The notes under the pieces are model-generated. The model was not told the DNA's origin, searched no databases, and saw nothing but the letters and a program-made list of their open reading frames with translations. DNA of 50,188 nucleotides, from positions 1 through 50,188 of the forward strand of contig NZ_JACUUE010000001.1 in NCBI RefSeq assembly GCF_014859475.1, read 5' to 3'. The DNA is from Rhodoferax sp. Lineage in GTDB: Bacteria > Pseudomonadota > Gammaproteobacteria > Burkholderiales > Burkholderiaceae_C. Positions 46,087 to 50,188 of this stretch are shown here, piece by piece; position 1 is the first letter of the stretch; each line of letters starts with the position of its first letter. Both the position numbers and the translations under genes were made by a program.

Positions 46087-46460
46087 GGTGTGTTCTCCAT
46101 TTGGGGTGATTTGGCGTGGTATGCCAGCAATTGGTCAAGAAAGCGGCGCAGGAAACCTTCGGTCTGCATGCCATGAAAACGCTCGGTAACCAGGCCGTGG
46201 CTGTAGCCGATCACAGTCGGAAAGCCCTTGGCCTGGTGGCGTCCGGCGATGCGCATGTTTTCATCGGCATCCACACGTGTCAACACAAAGCGGCCAGCGT
46301 ATTCCAGCGCCAAACGCTCCAGTAAAGGGGTCAGCACCCGACACGGGCCGCACCAGTCGGCGCCAATATCGAGCAACACCGGCACCTGGTGTGAACGCAG
46401 CACTACCGCGTCGTCGAAATCGGATTCGGTGACGTCGACAACGAAGGGGATGGGCTTCAA
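46083..46460 (-). CDS. Thioredoxin
   Basis: ADWCGPC motif; probable TTG start overlapping the yeeE stop. Confidence 0.85.
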   Translation of the reverse strand: MKPIPFVVDVTESDFDDAVVLRSHQVPVLLDIGADWCGPCRVLTPLLERLALEYAGRFVLTRVDADENMRIAGRHQAKGFPTVIGYSHGLVTERFHGMQTEGFLRRFLDQLLAYHAKSPQMENTP

Positions 46461-47566
46461 GCGCGCCAGTTCAGGTAGTGCATGGTGGCAGCGCCGCCGC
46501 CGATGATGCCGGCCAGCACGATGAAGGACCCGATCGCCAGCGTCGAGATGCCGCTCATGCCCTGGCCCACGGTGCAACCCAGGGCGGTGACGCCGCCAAA
46601 GCCCATCAGCACGGCACCCAGCAACTGAGTGCGCATGTCCTCCATCGAGGCAAAGCCTTCCCAGCGAAACTGGCGGCTGGCAAGGGCGTAGGCCAATGAA
46701 CCCAGCACGACGCCGATAGCACTGGCAATGCCAAAGCTCACATGCAGGGATTGGTCAGTCCAGAGCATCAGCAATTCCAGACTGAGAGCTGTCGGCGCCG
46801 CGGAGCTGAACGACTCAAGCGTGCGGGTATTGGTGGCAAAGAAAACCATCTCCATGGTCTCCGGACTTTCGCCATACCCCAGGTGGCCGGTGAGGTACCA
46901 GCCGGCCACGATCAGCAAGCCCAGCACCACAGCCCCCAGCCATTGCACCGGGTTACCGCGAAAGCGCTTGTCCTTCAGGGCGAAGGCAGCCAGCCCCAGG
47001 CTCAACACCGCCACGCTCGCGAGCAAGGCAGGTTTGGCAGCCATGCCGGTCAGCTTGGCCAGAATCTGCGGCAGGGTTTGATCCGTCAGGCCCCACTGCG
47101 CCAGATCCAGAGCGATTGGGTCGAGGTAGCTGGCGCGCCAATGGCCAAACAAGCCCTTGAGGGTCATGTAGGCCGAGATCGCCACAAACACCAGCACCAC
47201 CAGCGAGCGCAAGCTGCCCGCGCCCAGGCGCACCAGGTTTTTGTTGATGCAGCCAGCGGAAATCGTCATGCCAATACCAAACAACACACCGCCCAGCGCC
47301 ATCGACAGCCAGGGCAGGCTGGGGCGCACATAAACCGACTTGGATAGGTCAATCAGCCCCAGATAAAACAACAAATTAGTGCCAAGCATGGCCACGGCGA
47401 TGACCAGCAGCCACATGCGCATACGACCCCAGTGCGCCATGTTGACCACATCCGAGATCGCGCCCATGGTGCAAAAATTGGTCTTGTTGACCACGGCGCC
47501 AAAAATGAAGGCGAGCGCGAAGCCGCCCCACACCACTATGCCGCTCAAGTCGCTTGGCTCTGTCAT
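46457..47566 (-). CDS. YeeE/YedE-family sulfur-compound transporter
   Basis: NFCTMGAISD, GMTISAGC and GGVTALGCTVGQG conserved-Cys motifs. Confidence 0.9.
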   Translation of the reverse strand: MTEPSDLSGIVVWGGFALAFIFGAVVNKTNFCTMGAISDVVNMAHWGRMRMWLLVIAVAMLGTNLLFYLGLIDLSKSVYVRPSLPWLSMALGGVLFGIGMTISAGCINKNLVRLGAGSLRSLVVLVFVAISAYMTLKGLFGHWRASYLDPIALDLAQWGLTDQTLPQILAKLTGMAAKPALLASVAVLSLGLAAFALKDKRFRGNPVQWLGAVVLGLLIVAGWYLTGHLGYGESPETMEMVFFATNTRTLESFSSAAPTALSLELLMLWTDQSLHVSFGIASAIGVVLGSLAYALASRQFRWEGFASMEDMRTQLLGAVLMGFGGVTALGCTVGQGMSGISTLAIGSFIVLAGIIGGGAATMHYLNWRA

Positions 47567-47594
47567 CACGAACTCCTTGGCAGACTTTGGATTA

Positions 47595-48479
47595 CTACTG
47601 AGGCGTGCTGGGCGTGGCCAGGCGTACCATGGTGGCCCGAATCGCCTCGGGGGCATTGATGATGGTCATGAACTGCCCCATGCCCAGGGCCGGCCAAGCC
47701 AACGCAATGCGGTAGCGGGCGTACAGGGCGTAAACCTTGTTGTCGACAATGAACAGTTCATAAGGCAGGGCCGCCGGAAAATCGGTGCCGATCTTGTTGA
47801 CCCACCAGCCTTCGCCGTCGCTGGCGCTGTTCATGGCAACGCCGAACACGGCCATTTTTTGCTCCGGCATCACCACCTCGTAGACCCGTCGCGTGTCGCC
47901 CAGGCCTTTCGCCAGATTGCCTTGCACTGCTTTGAGCGCCTCTTCAAAACTGGCGTAGCTTGCGAGTTCGCTGTTGGCCGAGTCGAAGCGCTCCATGCCG
48001 AACATGTAGCGGTAGCCGGTCAATTTCTCCTGCGGCACATCGCCGCCAAAGCCAGTCCCTTCACCCAGCGCTTTCACCAGTCGTTGCTGCACCGACTTGA
48101 CCGCCTCCTGTGCCCCGGCAAAGTTGCCGCGCAGGTAGGCCCGGTACCAGTAATCCGGATTCATGTAAGAGACGCTGCCATCGCTGCTGATGCCAACACG
48201 AATTCCCGCCGCCACAATGTCGCTGCTCGGGCCGCCCGCACGAATGGACGCCAGCATGGCCGGGTCGGAGATCACCAGGCTGGCACGCCCGGCAACGCCC
48301 TCGGGCAGGTGCTGGCCGAGCACGCTAAAGCCCTCGGCCTGGAGTTTTTTCTCGACCTGCGACAGCTGGGCTGACAGCTCTGCCGCCGGTAGTTTGCTGG
48401 CGTGGGTATAGGGTGACAGGGCCAGGCTAAGCTGGGCTGTGCACAACAGGGCAGCGCCCAGGAGCAGTCGTTTGATCAT
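47595..48479 (-). CDS. Exported hypothetical protein
   Basis: Signal peptide MIKRLLLGAALLCTAQLSLA; lies between dsrE2 and yeeE. Confidence 0.75.
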   Translation of the reverse strand: MIKRLLLGAALLCTAQLSLALSPYTHASKLPAAELSAQLSQVEKKLQAEGFSVLGQHLPEGVAGRASLVISDPAMLASIRAGGPSSDIVAAGIRVGISSDGSVSYMNPDYWYRAYLRGNFAGAQEAVKSVQQRLVKALGEGTGFGGDVPQEKLTGYRYMFGMERFDSANSELASYASFEEALKAVQGNLAKGLGDTRRVYEVVMPEQKMAVFGVAMNSASDGEGWWVNKIGTDFPAALPYELFIVDNKVYALYARYRIALAWPALGMGQFMTIINAPEAIRATMVRLATPSTPQ

Positions 48480-48486
48480 GTCTTGA

Positions 48487-48957
48487 TTAAATGAACAGGC
48501 AGACGTCGGATTCGCCGGCAAATTTCATGAACGTGGCAGCGCCGCCGAATTCAATTTCCTTGATGAACTCGCTGGTCTCGAACTCAAACAGATCGACCGT
48601 CATTTGGCAGGCGACAAACTTGACATCAGATTCGATGCAGATGTCGCGCAGCTCCTGCAACGAAGCCACGCCCTTGGACTTCATCTTGTTTTTCATCATC
48701 ATCGTTGCCATGGACTCCATGCCCGGCAGCATCTGCACCACCACCGGCATCGGCACGGGCATCGGCATCGCCGGATTGGCGAGTGGGCTGATCTTGACGT
48801 CATCGAGATTTTTGCGCAGCAACTGCAGGCCGTAAAAGGTGAAAAAAATCTGCACGTCCCAGCCCAGCGCTGCAGCGGTGGAAGCCAGAATGAACGGCGG
48901 GTAAGCCATGTCCAGGGTACCCTTGGTGGCAATCAGGGCCATTTTTTTAGCTGCCAT
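48487..48957 (-). CDS. dsrE2: DsrE2-like sulfurtransferase
   Basis: TKGTLDMAYPPFILASTAAALG, FFTFYGL and ACQMTVDLF. Confidence 0.88.
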   Translation of the reverse strand: MAAKKMALIATKGTLDMAYPPFILASTAAALGWDVQIFFTFYGLQLLRKNLDDVKISPLANPAMPMPVPMPVVVQMLPGMESMATMMMKNKMKSKGVASLQELRDICIESDVKFVACQMTVDLFEFETSEFIKEIEFGGAATFMKFAGESDVCLFI

Positions 48958-48995
48958 GCGTGAGCTCCAAATAAAGTTGCGGGTAAGCCGGAAGA

Positions 48996-49223
48996 TCAGG
49001 CCTTCTTGAGGAAAAACACGAACTTGCTGTTTTCGCTGCCCTGCTCCAGCAAGTCATTGCCGGTTTGCTCGGCAAAGGCAGCCATGTCGCAGACTGAACC
49101 TGGGTCGGTGGCGATCACCTTCAGGATTTGACCCGAAGTCATGTCTGCCAGCGCTTTTTTGGTTTTGACGATGGGCAGCGGGCAAGACAGGCCCGACGCG
49201 TCAAATTCTTTGTTGAATTCCAT
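48996..49223 (-). CDS. tusA: TusA sulfurtransferase
   Basis: DASGLSCPLP and ATDPGS; GGAG RBS. Confidence 0.93.
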   Translation of the reverse strand: MEFNKEFDASGLSCPLPIVKTKKALADMTSGQILKVIATDPGSVCDMAAFAEQTGNDLLEQGSENSKFVFFLKKA

Positions 49224-49337
49224 GGGATCTCTCCGTAAGTTGATGGCTTGCAGCCGAAAAATAGATCCAAACGCCATGCCCCTGAAGAGGCCAGCGAATT
49301 GCGATCTGTGCATTTTTGTTGACCGGGGCAGCACCGT

Positions 49338-49380
49338 CTATCACCGCAAAGGGTGAGGCCTAGTAGCCCATATGGGCTAT
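49338..49380. promoter_or_regulatory. Bipartite 7-2-7 operator upstream of tusA
   Basis: Perfect palindrome TAGCCCATATGGGCTA (49364-49379) plus TCACCGC-AA-AGGGTGA; highly similar to 20400-20442. Confidence 0.72.
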
Positions 49381-49396
49381 GTGACCGAGAGATCAG

Positions 49397-49714
49397 TCAG
49401 GCTGACAGGCTGATCGCCTTGCTGTTGATGTCCTGGCACACCGCCTCGCAGATCGAGGCGATACGCTGGTCAATGAGGCGGTAAAAAATTTGCACGCCTT
49501 CGCGGCGTTTCCCCAAAATACCGGCTTGGTACAAGGTGTTGAGGTGCTGCGACATGTTGGGCTGGGTGGTCTTGACCTGCGTGAGCAGGTAGCTCACATT
49601 CTTTTCGCCATCGCACAGACAATTGATGATCTTGAGCCGCATCGGTGCCGACATGACACGAAACAAGTCAGCGGCCGACTCGAAGGTCTGATCGGTTTTG
49701 ACCATTTTTGGCAT
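49397..49714 (-). CDS. ArsR/SmtB-family regulator (BigR/SqrR/SoxR-like cysteine placement)
   Basis: RLKIINCLCDGEKNV, QPNMSQHL..L...G...RREG..IFY and C-terminal ICEAVC. Start uncertain. Confidence 0.85.
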   Translation of the reverse strand: MPKMVKTDQTFESAADLFRVMSAPMRLKIINCLCDGEKNVSYLLTQVKTTQPNMSQHLNTLYQAGILGKRREGVQIFYRLIDQRIASICEAVCQDINSKAISLSA

Positions 49715-49810
49715 GTCAGTGGTGAACGACTGAAGTGGCATGGAGGGAGTCCTTATCATTGCTGCGATGGGGGCAAATTGGTCGCGACGGATCAAATTGT
49801 AATTTGATGT

Positions 49811-50188
49811 TCAGCCATTGTGCGACCGGAGTGTGCGGCTGATCAGGATGACCGGGATCAGCCCTGCCAGCACCAAGGCTAACGAAGGCAGCGCTGCCTC
49901 GCCCAGTCGCTCGTCGCGCGCCAACTGGTAGGCCACCACCGCCAGCGTGTCGCTGTTGAAGGGCCGCAGCACCAAGGTGGCTGGCAACTCCTTCATCACA
50001 TCGACAAACACCAGCAGCAGGGCCACGGCGGTGGAGCGCCTGAGCAGCGGCCAGTGCACCCGCTGCAATAAACCCCACTCGCCACTGCCAAGCATGCGCG
50101 CAGAATCATCAAAACTGGCCGGAATGCGCGCATAGCCGCTTTGCACCGACTGCAGCGCGACCGCGCAAAAACGCACCAGGTAGGCCCA
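49811..50188 (-). CDS. Iron(III) ABC transporter permease (FbpB-like), 3' part; truncated by the window
   Basis: FDDSARMLG (EAA-like loop) and VFVDVMKELPATLVLRPFN.DTLAV. Confidence 0.85.
   Translation of the reverse strand, partial: WAYLVRFCAVALQSVQSGYARIPASFDDSARMLGSGEWGLLQRVHWPLLRRSTAVALLLVFVDVMKELPATLVLRPFNSDTLAVVAYQLARDERLGEAALPSLALVLAGLIPVILISRTLRSHNG

Overview
GC-rich proteobacterial DNA, probably from a betaproteobacterial sulfur oxidizer (inferred from gene content and order). Almost the whole window is a dissimilatory sulfur-oxidation supercluster. From left to right: a SulP transporter and a DUF3365-like cytochrome c; qmoAB-hdrCB with a HIT-like ORF and a rhodanese; soeABC-sat-aprBA-ykgJ-like on the minus strand; a divergent soluble NarX/NarL-like two-component system; a MacAB-like ABC exporter; the reverse-Dsr operon dsrABEFHCMKLJOPN-dsrR-cobA on the minus strand; a divergent accessory operon; and an arsR / tusA-dsrE2-hyp-yeeE-trx-tusE sulfur-trafficking block. 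Four observations stand out. (1) An orphan Cas6 (Cmx6-like) gene, with no array or other cas genes in the window, is translationally coupled inside the accessory operon facing away from dsrA, alongside a Cys-less DsrC paralog, a TauD dioxygenase, an HTH-ferredoxin-reductase and an S24 domain. (2) A shared 43-bp bipartite 7-2-7 operator lies upstream of soeA, dsrA and tusA. (3) DsrN is fused in frame to a Cys-less DsrC-like domain. (4) There are four DsrC-family domains with three different cysteine complements. All calls come from motif recognition by eye; no database searches were run.
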